Source of the DNA: a virus
Taxonomy: Duplodnaviria > Caudoviricetes
IMG/VR virus record: IMGVR_UViG_3300032225_001536
Location: 1 to 61,473 of that record
DNA: 61,473 nt
Strand: one strand, 5' to 3'
Shown: positions 45,942 through 55,878 of the stretch, in pieces
Numbering within the stretch: the first letter of the stretch is position 1
How the letters are laid out: each line of letters begins with the position of its first letter
Position numbers and translations under genes: made by a program
Notes under the pieces: generated by a model
Databases searched by the model: none
What the model was told of the DNA's origin: nothing
What the model saw: only the letters and a program-made list of their open reading frames with translations

Positions 45942-48900
45942 ATGTCTCTGAATTTTAACGTTGATCCATATTACGATGATTTTGAACAAACAAAAAACTT
46001 TCATCGTATTTTGTTTAAACCTGGTCGTGCCGTTCAGGCCAGAGAATTAACTCAAGCACAAACAATATTACAGGATCAAATTACAAAGTTTGCTGATAAT
46101 ATCTTCAAACAAAATTCACCAGTGACTGGTGGACAAGTAACAACGAACTTCAACTGTTATTACATTAAATTACAAGCAACATATAATAATACCGCTATTG
46201 ATATAACTCAATTTGATGGTCTGTTGATTAAAAATGCCACAGGTAGTGTCATTGCTCGTGTTATTTCTTATGCTGCTGCTACTGGTACAGATCCAGCAAC
46301 ATTAATTCTTTCGTATAAATCCGGTCAGCAATTTAATGATGGTGATATTATCTATGATACAGCATCAAATTTGGCTGCGCAGGCAGTTGTAACCGCAGCA
46401 ACAGGACTTTCCTCTGTAGCTTCAATTGCTCAAGGTGTATTTTACATTTTAGGTAACTTTGTACAGATTTCTCCATCAACTACAATTTTAGAAAAATATA
46501 GTAATGTTCCAACAAAGCGTATTGGTCTAACAATCACAGAAACGGTTTACGACTATATCAACGATTCTTCTTTATTGGATCCTGCAGTTGGTGCTTCAAA
46601 TTATCAAGCTCCAGGTGCTGACCGTTATGTGATTGGATTGACACTAGATACTCGTCCTGTTACTTTAGGAGATGACCAAAATTTCGTTGAACTAGTTCGT
46701 GTTGAAAATGGTTCAATTTCAAATCTTGTTGAAGGTTCTGTATATAATGTAATTGACGATTACTTTGCTAAACGTGATTATGAAACAAACGGTGATTATG
46801 TTGTCGAAGATTATAAATTAACACCAAGAACAAATGACAATTCATCCAAGTACACTTTAACTCTTGGTAAAGGTTTGGCATATGTCCACGGTTATAGAAT
46901 CCAAAATGCCACTAACGTAGATTTAGTATCCAACCGTGCAAGAACCACAGCTTCACAGAATAACACACCAGTGTTCATTGATTATGGTTCATATTTCTAT
47001 GTAGATACAGTGCGTGGTGGTGCTGCAGGTACTGCTGGTGGCACAGATGGTGCATTTTTTGATATAACAACTGCACAACCAATCGATTTACATTGTGTCA
47101 CAACATCAAACATCAATTCGGCAAGTGCTTGTACATATAACTCAACTGTTGTTGCAACCGGTTATATTCGTAATTTTGTTTATGACCACAACACAAGTGA
47201 TGCCGATTCAAATACTTATGTTTTTAAAACATTTGTAAACGATATACAAACTGTTGTTGCATCAGCTAATGCTATTAGTGCTACATCAAATACAATCACA
47301 TTACCTACTTGGTATTCACAATCCAACACTTCTTATATTGGTATAAACATTTATATTTCAAAAGGTAAAAGTGCTGGTGACTTCAGAACAGTTACTGCAT
47401 ATGATGGAACATCAAGAAAAGCAACCGTTAATCAAAATTGGACAGTTACACCAGATACAACATCTGTATTTCAATTAAATTTTGATATTAAAGATATCGA
47501 TACAATAGTAGTAGCAAACTCAACTTATTCAATTCTCTCATCTGCAAATATTAATATAAGTAGTCGGGTTGGTGGTCTTTCTACTGGTGCAACTATTTTG
47601 CAAAATCCAATTGCTCCAGAATTAATCTATAATATTGGTACGCCATATGTTGCATCTCTGAAGAACGCTTCTTATAGCACACAACAATTAAACCGTAACG
47701 TAGCATTTACTGTTACGGGTGGTTCAGCGGTTGCAACCATTTCATATAGTGGTGATTACAACAATGTTATTAAACACCTAGGTACTCCTGGTACATCATT
47801 GTCATCTGATGTAATTAAACAAAATTGGATGATTATTGTTACTAATAAAGGTTCTTCATCATTGAATGTTGGTGAAATTGTACCTTGGACAACCAAAAGT
47901 GGTACAATTGCAATAACAGATGCCACAACAGCTACATTGAGTATTCCACTTTCAGTTGTTACTTCAGGTTTTACTGCTACTGTAATAGAAAAAGTATATG
48001 CAAGTAACGCAGACAATACAAGTCACCTTTTAAAGTATAAAAACTTAATTACTGCTAATACACAACAAGTTAAAACAACTGGTACACAAGTTAATACATA
48101 TACTTTTGTTGATGATGCATCGTTAACATCTACGGGTCAAGTTTATATTCAAAATGCCGGATTGGTTACTCCAGGTTCAAAACAAAGTTTATATCTTTCT
48201 GATGTAAAATCGATTGTCAAGATTGTTGACACAGGATCCTCAGGTACTGTTCCAACATATTTAAATTTGTCTAGTTATACAGATATAACAAATAATTATA
48301 TATTTGATAATGGTCAAAAAGATAACTATTATGACCATGCATCAATTACACTAAGACCAGGTGCACCACAACCAAAAGGTAATATACTTGTATTCCTTAA
48401 TTATTATCAACATTCTGGTGGTGATGGTTATTTTGCATTAACTTCTTATCTAAATTCTTCTAAGCCTGAATTATATCAAAATATTCCAAGTTATGTTAGT
48501 AAAGGTGGTACAACATATCCTTTACGTGATTCTGTTGATTTTAGGCCTGCTCGGATAAATGCTTCAACTTCATTTACATTTAAGTATAACACCGCTGGTG
48601 ATAATAGACAAGGTGTGTTTATACCTGTTGATTTATCAACATTTACGACAGATTACACATATTATCTTGGTCGTAAAGATAAATTGATTTTGACTAAGGA
48701 TAGAAGTTTTCAGATAATTGAAGGTGCACCAGCTGTTGATCCATTGATACCTACCGAACCGGATGGTGCATTGGTAATTGCCAACCTAACACATAGACCA
48801 TATACAGGTTATATTCCAACAGAAGCACCAGCAGGAACAATTTCTGACCTGTCAATCGAAAAAGTTAAACACAAACGTTATACGATGCAAGATATTGCTA

Positions 48901-51900
48901 ATTTGGAAAATAGAATTAACAATATCCAATATTATACATCTTTGAATTTATTAGAACAAAAAACAAATGCTTTACAAATATCTGATGCTTATGGTTTAAA
49001 TAGATTCAAAAATGGTATTTTAGTTGATGATTTCTCTAGTTTTGCAACAGCAGACACTTACAATTCCGATTATTATGCAACTATTAATCGCCGTGAAAGA
49101 ATTATGACTGCTGCTCAAGAAGTAAAAAACTTCCCATTGAAATCTTTGTTTACTGTTTATAACATGAATAATTTGGATCCTATCATTGGTGGTAATCCTG
49201 GTTATAAAATTAATAAAGATGGTGATGTAAACTATTATACATTGGCGTATACAACAGGAATTGTATTTTCACAAAAATTTGCATCTCGAACAGTTAATAT
49301 TAATCCATTTTCTGTAACATTAACCGATGGTGTAGTTTCATTATCACCGAATGTTGATAATTGGGTTGATACAAAATATGCACCTTCTTTGTTGATTATT
49401 GATCCAAATTTACAAATATTTCAAGGTAGTTCAAATACAACTATTATGCAAACAGGAGATTATAAAACAATTCCTGGTACAACATTTTCAAGTACAACCA
49501 CTACTATTTCTGAAAATCGTATAGACTATACAACATATACTCGTACTGATTTAACACAAACAAATATTCTCGGATCATATGATAGAATAGGGAATACGTA
49601 TTCATTAAACAATGGATATATTCAAGATATTTCAATTCTTCCATACATTCGTCCACAACAAATAGTTATACGTGCGCATAACTTGTTATTTAATACGTCA
49701 GTTAAAAATTATTTTGATGGTACAGACATTACAAATTATGTTAGAAAAGGTAATGTTATTGAATTGACTAATGTAACAGGAACATTTACAGAAGGTGATG
49801 TTATTGGTTATTATTCTAGTGGTATATTTACACCAACAGCACGTATTGTAGGTGTTTACGTTAAATCTTCTGGTGTAAGATTATATGTAGCTGGAGATCC
49901 ATATTCAACAACATATACAACTAACGGAACAATTCAAAACGCTTTCTTCAATGCTGCTGGTACATATTCATCATTAACAGCATCCGGTACATTGTCTAGT
50001 ACTTCACATTTTGGTGGAAGAGTTACTAACGCCAATAGTTCAACATCAATTACAATAAGTTCTTTGGCTTCTTCTGCAAATGGTTATTACACCGGTAATA
50101 CTTTACATATTTGCGCTGGTGTGGGTGCAGGCCAATCAGCAACAATCTCTGGATATAATGGTGTAACAAAAACTATTCAACTTTCAACCGGAATTACTGT
50201 TTCTACAGGTGACATTTATTCTATAGGTGATTTTTCAACAGATGAATCAGGTTCACTGTATGGAGTATTTAATTTACCAGAAAATACCTTCCACAATGGA
50301 CAAAGAACTCTACGAATCGACAACAGAATTAATGGAAATATAGGCACTGAAACAACTTATGCTGAAGGTACATTTTATTCAGAAGGACTACAAGCTAAAG
50401 CACAACAAATTGATTTTGGTGCCTCACCTTCAGGTGCCAAAAACACATTTACCCAAGTTAATAATAAAACAGTAACTACAACTAAAACGGTTGTAACTTA
50501 TATACCACCACCAAATTATGATCCGGTCGCACAAACATTCATTGTCGATAAGACGAATTGGCCAAATGGTATGTTCTTAAATTCTGTTACACTTTTCTTT
50601 GCATCAAAACCAACGGCCGACAATTCACCAATTACATTATCAATTATTGGTACACAGAACGGTTACCCAGATGGTAATACATTAGACCATTCTATTGTTA
50701 CTTTAACACCAGATAAAGTTGTTACATCACAATCACCACAATATTTGGATTCGACTACTGCAACTAAATTTACATTTTCAGCACCAGTTTATATTCAACC
50801 TGGTGTGTTATATGCTTTCTTATTGAGAAGTAGTTCAAGCCAATATACATTGTGGACAGCATCAAATGGTGATACCGCTCTTTCATCTTCCGTGAAAAAT
50901 TTACCAACGGATCCATTACCATCTACAATTACTAAAATAGGTTCTGCTCCATATGTTGGTGGTTTGTTTATTTCACAAAATTCACAAACATGGAACGCTG
51001 ACCAAAATCAAAGTTTAATGATGGTTGCTGAGCGTTGTATTTTTGAAAAATCCAGACAAGTATCAATTCAATATGTGGTACCAAATAAATTACCACAAAG
51101 AACATTGATAGATGAGAGTATTAATTATTATATGAATGCCAATAATGTTTCGAGAGTTACGGATTCTGTTACATATTCCGATTATCTTGTAGATGCATTC
51201 AATATTACAACAACAGATTTTATACCGACAGCAACATCAATTGATTATTCATATAGCGCAACATTAGTCGGTGGTACTTCCGCTGGTACGGTTAATATTA
51301 ATCCAGGCAAATATGGTACACCAACAAGTGATGACATATATTTGTCTGATGGTAAAGGTGAACGTATTTTACAAGCAAATTCAAATACATCTTTTTCATT
51401 ATATGCTAATTTATATACAAGTGATGATTCTGTAAGTCCAGTTATTTCTAATGCTGGACTTTCTGTGTATGGTATACAATGGAATATTAATAATGCTGGT
51501 TTGTCAAATTCTGTTATCACTTTAACTTCTAGTGGTACTGGATACAATGCACAAACAACAAGTGTTACTGTTTCATCACCTACATCACCTAGTGGTACGC
51601 AGGCATATGCCGCAGCAAATATTGTTGGTGGTGTTATTCAGTCTGTATACTTAACAAGTAATGGTTCTGGTTACATTACCACACCAACAATCACAATTGC
51701 AGATTCCAACACAACTCCAGGAACTGGTGCAACAGCAGTAATTACAGGAGAAACATCTAAAAAAGGTGGTAATGTTACTGCCAAATATGTAACCAAAAAG
51801 GTAGTATTGGATCCATCATTTGATTCTGGTGATTTAAATGTTTATTTGACAGCATATCGACCAATAAATACAGACATACATGTGTATTATAAGGTATTAA

Positions 51901-52199
51901 ATAGAAACGACACACAAAAATTTGATGACGGTTCTTGGCAATTAATGACAAAGATTAATAATACCAGTTCTTTATATTCACAAAAAAGATCCGATACATA
52001 CGAATTTGTATTTGCACCAGGAACTTCTGGATTAGACCAAGGTTACATAACTTACACAAGTACGACCGGACAAACATATACATCATTTAATCAATTTGCT
52101 ATTAAAGTTGTAATGACAAGTTCGGATCATACATATGTGCCTTTTATTACAGATTTACGTACAATTGCTCTTCCACCCAACGTTAACACTACATTCTAA
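45942..52199 (+). CDS. large virion structural protein (DUF4815/VrlC-like)
   Basis: NVDPYYDDF...FHRILFKPGRAVQARELTQ.Q, APGADR, RYTMQDI..LE.RI..YYTSL, RFKNGILVDDF, DPVAQTF. Confidence 0.85.
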   Translation: MSLNFNVDPYYDDFEQTKNFHRILFKPGRAVQARELTQAQTILQDQITKFADNIFKQNSPVTGGQVTTNFNCYYIKLQATYNNTAIDITQFDGLLIKNATGSVIARVISYAAATGTDPATLILSYKSGQQFNDGDIIYDTASNLAAQAVVTAATGLSSVASIAQGVFYILGNFVQISPSTTILEKYSNVPTKRIGLTITETVYDYINDSSLLDPAVGASNYQAPGADRYVIGLTLDTRPVTLGDDQNFVELVRVENGSISNLVEGSVYNVIDDYFAKRDYETNGDYVVEDYKLTPRTNDNSSKYTLTLGKGLAYVHGYRIQNATNVDLVSNRARTTASQNNTPVFIDYGSYFYVDTVRGGAAGTAGGTDGAFFDITTAQPIDLHCVTTSNINSASACTYNSTVVATGYIRNFVYDHNTSDADSNTYVFKTFVNDIQTVVASANAISATSNTITLPTWYSQSNTSYIGINIYISKGKSAGDFRTVTAYDGTSRKATVNQNWTVTPDTTSVFQLNFDIKDIDTIVVANSTYSILSSANINISSRVGGLSTGATILQNPIAPELIYNIGTPYVASLKNASYSTQQLNRNVAFTVTGGSAVATISYSGDYNNVIKHLGTPGTSLSSDVIKQNWMIIVTNKGSSSLNVGEIVPWTTKSGTIAITDATTATLSIPLSVVTSGFTATVIEKVYASNADNTSHLLKYKNLITANTQQVKTTGTQVNTYTFVDDASLTSTGQVYIQNAGLVTPGSKQSLYLSDVKSIVKIVDTGSSGTVPTYLNLSSYTDITNNYIFDNGQKDNYYDHASITLRPGAPQPKGNILVFLNYYQHSGGDGYFALTSYLNSSKPELYQNIPSYVSKGGTTYPLRDSVDFRPARINASTSFTFKYNTAGDNRQGVFIPVDLSTFTTDYTYYLGRKDKLILTKDRSFQIIEGAPAVDPLIPTEPDGALVIANLTHRPYTGYIPTEAPAGTISDLSIEKVKHKRYTMQDIANLENRINNIQYYTSLNLLEQKTNALQISDAYGLNRFKNGILVDDFSSFATADTYNSDYYATINRRERIMTAAQEVKNFPLKSLFTVYNMNNLDPIIGGNPGYKINKDGDVNYYTLAYTTGIVFSQKFASRTVNINPFSVTLTDGVVSLSPNVDNWVDTKYAPSLLIIDPNLQIFQGSSNTTIMQTGDYKTIPGTTFSSTTTTISENRIDYTTYTRTDLTQTNILGSYDRIGNTYSLNNGYIQDISILPYIRPQQIVIRAHNLLFNTSVKNYFDGTDITNYVRKGNVIELTNVTGTFTEGDVIGYYSSGIFTPTARIVGVYVKSSGVRLYVAGDPYSTTYTTNGTIQNAFFNAAGTYSSLTASGTLSSTSHFGGRVTNANSSTSITISSLASSANGYYTGNTLHICAGVGAGQSATISGYNGVTKTIQLSTGITVSTGDIYSIGDFSTDESGSLYGVFNLPENTFHNGQRTLRIDNRINGNIGTETTYAEGTFYSEGLQAKAQQIDFGASPSGAKNTFTQVNNKTVTTTKTVVTYIPPPNYDPVAQTFIVDKTNWPNGMFLNSVTLFFASKPTADNSPITLSIIGTQNGYPDGNTLDHSIVTLTPDKVVTSQSPQYLDSTTATKFTFSAPVYIQPGVLYAFLLRSSSSQYTLWTASNGDTALSSSVKNLPTDPLPSTITKIGSAPYVGGLFISQNSQTWNADQNQSLMMVAERCIFEKSRQVSIQYVVPNKLPQRTLIDESINYYMNANNVSRVTDSVTYSDYLVDAFNITTTDFIPTATSIDYSYSATLVGGTSAGTVNINPGKYGTPTSDDIYLSDGKGERILQANSNTSFSLYANLYTSDDSVSPVISNAGLSVYGIQWNINNAGLSNSVITLTSSGTGYNAQTTSVTVSSPTSPSGTQAYAAANIVGGVIQSVYLTSNGSGYITTPTITIADSNTTPGTGATAVITGETSKKGGNVTAKYVTKKVVLDPSFDSGDLNVYLTAYRPINTDIHVYYKVLNRNDTQKFDDGSWQLMTKINNTSSLYSQKRSDTYEFVFAPGTSGLDQGYITYTSTTGQTYTSFNQFAIKVVMTSSDHTYVPFITDLRTIALPPNVNTTF

Positions 52200-52201
52200 T
52201 T

Positions 52202-52423
52202 ATGTCTCTAATACCAATCAACGGAACAAAACTGTATCGTGATACAGAAACTATGGCCTTGATTAACAAGGATGTTTCTGGTTTGGAAGAATACAAAACG
52301 AAAAGAAAATATGCCGAAGTCCAAAGAGAACAAATAAATAATGTAAAAATGGAAATGGATAGCATTAAAAACGAAATATCAGATATTAAAAAACTGATGG
52401 TAAAACTATTAGAAAAAGGTTAA
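52202..52423 (+). CDS. small coiled-coil protein
   Basis: LYRD..T.ALIN plus C-terminal heptads; typical neighbour of the DUF4815 gene. Confidence 0.7.
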   Translation: MSLIPINGTKLYRDTETMALINKDVSGLEEYKTKRKYAEVQREQINNVKMEMDSIKNEISDIKKLMVKLLEKG

Positions 52424-52424
52424 A

Positions 52425-55136
52425 ATGGCAAATACAGTATCAACTATAAGTTATGCCAATACATTTGGTCAATGGATGGTTGCAACAGATGCTCTTATTG
52501 GTGAAAACAATACGTTAGCAACAGGCGACTATAACAAAACATCAGGTACCTTATATCTGAATGAGACAACTAAAAACTCATTACAGGCTAATGGTAATAT
52601 TGTTGTACAAAAACAATTGCTCGTTCAAGGTGTTGCTTCAGCGGCTTCAATTGACAATAACTTGACTGTTGCTGGTCAAATTTATTTTTCAAATTCAATA
52701 TTAGGTCTAACAAACTCCGGACAAGCAAACATCAATGGACTTTTACTTGCACAGGGTTCTGGTATTGGTCTGTCTGTTACAAATAATGCATATGTTGGTG
52801 GTAACACGACTGTACAACTTAATACAATAACAAATAATTTACAAGCTAATTCCACAGTAAATACTGGAAATGCTTCAATAACAAATACAGTATACACAAA
52901 TAATTTGACGGCAAATGCCAGAATTCAAGGTGCTGTATCAAGTTTTACTGGATTCTCTTATTCAAACATTTTACAAGCCAACTCAGCAATAGTAACTGCA
53001 GCATTACAAGCCAATAATACAGTTAATACAGCTATAGCTTCAGTATCTAATATAACATATACTGATAGATTACAAGCCAATACATCTACAAATACTGCCA
53101 CAGCTTCTATAACTGGCAAAACACTTACTGATACATTACAAGCCAATACATCTATATTGACCGGTTCAATTACGGCTAATACTAGTGGATCAATACCAAC
53201 ACTTACAGTTGCGACAAAACTTGATGGAAATACTGCTGCTGGTTTCCTTAATAGTTTACAAGTACAAGGTGGTGGACTAACTGTCAATGGTAACTTCATA
53301 CTTACTGGTACAACAGTTTATGCTTCAAACACTTTTCAATTAAGCACTGGTGTATCAACTGGTATTTCAAGTTATTTACAAGCTGCTCGTGGTTCTTCTG
53401 GTGTAAATGCAGCAATTCGTTGGAGTGAACCTTCTTTATATTGGGAAACACTAGATGTAACAGGTAATATCTATTCTCGTATTATTACTGAAGCTTATTT
53501 GGCTAATCAGTCTGGACTATATGCCAATTCAGCTTTCTTGAAAGCCAATTCAGCATATGCAAGCCAAAACGTTTCTGGTACATATGCTAACACAGCATAT
53601 TATACAGCAAATTCAGCACAAACTTACGCAAATGGTGCGTTTGTACAAGCAAACTCCGCTTATGATTCACAAAATACAACTGGTTTGTATGCTAACTCCG
53701 CTGCGTTGTATGCTAATGGTTCATTTGTACAAGCAAATGCTTCATATGGACAAGCAAACTCAGCAGGTTCTTATGCTAATTCTGCATTTTCAAAAGCTAA
53801 TAATGCTTATGCTGCAGCCAATAATGCTGTAACGACATATATTGGAACGTCAGGAACAATTTCAACAAATACTGTCTCGTTCTCAAGTAATAATGGTTTA
53901 ATTTTCGTTGCAACAAGTGCGAATAATTTTGCAGTTAGTACGTCACAAGATTTAAGAACAACTGCAACACCAACTTTTGCTTCATTAGTATTAACTGCGC
54001 CGCTACCATTAGCACAAGGTGGTACAGGTTCAACATCAGCTTCTTCTGCTCTAACTGCTTTATTACCAACAGGTACAACAGCAGGATATGTGCTTACAAC
54101 TGGTGGTCCAGGCAATTTCTATTGGAGTGCAAGTAGTGGTGGCGGCACTGGTGCAACACCAGGAACATCAATCAACTCAACTCGTTTGTCATATACAGCA
54201 AACGGTGCTTCTGGTTATACAGGTAATTCATTCGTTGTACCAACAGCAACATCAAGTACACAAGTTCGTGCATATATTAATGGTGTTCGTCAATTTGAAT
54301 CGGAATATACTTTAAATTTGAGTGCAAACACGATTGCATTTACTACAACACCACTTAATGGTGATGCAGTTTTAATTGAAGTGGATGGATATTATGTAAA
54401 TCCATATTATGCAAACAATATTGCTTTTACAGTCAACTCAAATATCTCATCAACAGCAAATACAATTCAACTTGCTATTGATGGTTTGACGACTAAAGTC
54501 GTAACATATTATGCCAATATTGCTGGTGGTTCTACATTTACTGGTGATGTTAGAGGTGTTACGATGCCCACTAATACAAGTAACACATCATTTGCTACGA
54601 CAGCATATGTTCAATATCTAGCAAACAACTCTACATACGGTGTATACACAAACGGTGAATATTCAAATCCTTCTTGGATTACATCATTAGCTGCTTCAAA
54701 AATTAGTGGCATGTATTACGTGAATCAAGGTACTGGAACTGCAAACAACGTACAACATGCATCATTAGGTGTTGGTACAGGAGCATCTGGTACATCTGGT
54801 GAGATTCGTGCCACAAACAACATCACTGCTTATTACTCTGATGATAGATTGAAAACTAGACTTGGTACGATTGATAATGCTTTAGATAAATTATGTTCAT
54901 TGACTGGTTTCTACTACCAAGCAAATGAAACAGCACAAGCATTAGGATATGGTGTACGTAGAGAAGTTGGTGTATCTGCTCAAGATGTACAAAAAGTTCT
55001 TCCAGAGATTGTTACTGCAGCGCCGATTGATGATAAGTATTTGACAATCTATTATGATAAATTAATACCATTGGTTATTGAAGCCATTAAAGAATTAAAA
55101 TCAGAAATTGATGTATTAAAAGGACAAATTAAATGA
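52425..55136 (+). CDS. tail fibre protein with C-terminal peptidase S74 intramolecular chaperone
   Basis: NTFGQW N-terminus; LQAN repeats; YAN/QAN heptads; GEIRATNNITAYY|SDDRLK, GVSAQDVQKVLPE, LIPLVIEAIKEL. Confidence 0.85.
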   Translation: MANTVSTISYANTFGQWMVATDALIGENNTLATGDYNKTSGTLYLNETTKNSLQANGNIVVQKQLLVQGVASAASIDNNLTVAGQIYFSNSILGLTNSGQANINGLLLAQGSGIGLSVTNNAYVGGNTTVQLNTITNNLQANSTVNTGNASITNTVYTNNLTANARIQGAVSSFTGFSYSNILQANSAIVTAALQANNTVNTAIASVSNITYTDRLQANTSTNTATASITGKTLTDTLQANTSILTGSITANTSGSIPTLTVATKLDGNTAAGFLNSLQVQGGGLTVNGNFILTGTTVYASNTFQLSTGVSTGISSYLQAARGSSGVNAAIRWSEPSLYWETLDVTGNIYSRIITEAYLANQSGLYANSAFLKANSAYASQNVSGTYANTAYYTANSAQTYANGAFVQANSAYDSQNTTGLYANSAALYANGSFVQANASYGQANSAGSYANSAFSKANNAYAAANNAVTTYIGTSGTISTNTVSFSSNNGLIFVATSANNFAVSTSQDLRTTATPTFASLVLTAPLPLAQGGTGSTSASSALTALLPTGTTAGYVLTTGGPGNFYWSASSGGGTGATPGTSINSTRLSYTANGASGYTGNSFVVPTATSSTQVRAYINGVRQFESEYTLNLSANTIAFTTTPLNGDAVLIEVDGYYVNPYYANNIAFTVNSNISSTANTIQLAIDGLTTKVVTYYANIAGGSTFTGDVRGVTMPTNTSNTSFATTAYVQYLANNSTYGVYTNGEYSNPSWITSLAASKISGMYYVNQGTGTANNVQHASLGVGTGASGTSGEIRATNNITAYYSDDRLKTRLGTIDNALDKLCSLTGFYYQANETAQALGYGVRREVGVSAQDVQKVLPEIVTAAPIDDKYLTIYYDKLIPLVIEAIKELKSEIDVLKGQIK

Positions 55137-55417
55137 CTACAAGAGTAAGTTCATCAACACTTGCCAATACGGCAGTTACAGCCGGCACATATGGAGGTTC
55201 AACACAGATACCTGTGGTGACAGTTGACCAACAAGGTAGAATAACATCGGCCGCCAACACAGTAATATCAGCAAACAGTTTATCTTCTGGTAGTTGGGAA
55301 ATTAAACAAGATGGTACTAAATTGAAATTTATTTATGGTGGTACATTGGTATGTTCGATTGACTCAACCGGCAACGTTATCGCCAAGGCGGATGTAACAG
55401 GATTTGGTACTCCTTAA
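55133..55417 (+). CDS. small fibre-associated structural protein
   Basis: VTAGTYG....PVVTVDQQGRITSA module also seen twice in the giant fibre ORF. Confidence 0.65.
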   Translation: MTTRVSSSTLANTAVTAGTYGGSTQIPVVTVDQQGRITSAANTVISANSLSSGSWEIKQDGTKLKFIYGGTLVCSIDSTGNVIAKADVTGFGTP

Positions 55418-55527
55418 AATTTCGAAATTTTGCGTTCCGGCCCAAGAATTTTCTCCGACAGCTTCGGGATTCCAAAAAGTCAATCCACTCCTCGACTAAA
55501 TATTAAAATAACTATAAGATAAAGACC

Positions 55528-55869
55528 ATGTCAGCTGGATACCAAGAATTATTTTTAGAAAAAGGCACAGACTTTACCACTTCCATCACTTTAGATGATG
55601 TAAACGGCAATGCCTATAATTTGACTGGTTTTACTGCTAAAAGTCAAGTCAGAAAATCTTATTATTCTTCTTCTACTACAGCAGAATTCGTAATTACGAT
55701 TAATGCACCAACAACAGGTGTAATTAATATGTCACTCAATTCGGCGAACACATCCAATATTGCACCAGGTCGTTATGTATATGATGTTGTCATTAAAGAT
55801 TCTGCCAATACAGTAACAAGGGTCTTAGAAGGAATTGTGAACGTAACACCACAAGTAACCGTATTCTAA
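55528..55869 (+). CDS. virion structural protein (BppU N-terminal-like Ig fold)
   Basis: L..EKGTDF, YNLTG.TAKSQVRKSY.S, GRYVYDVVI...RVLEGIV.V.P.VT. Confidence 0.75.
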   Translation: MSAGYQELFLEKGTDFTTSITLDDVNGNAYNLTGFTAKSQVRKSYYSSSTTAEFVITINAPTTGVINMSLNSANTSNIAPGRYVYDVVIKDSANTVTRVLEGIVNVTPQVTVF

Positions 55870-55878
55870 AGGGTACTA

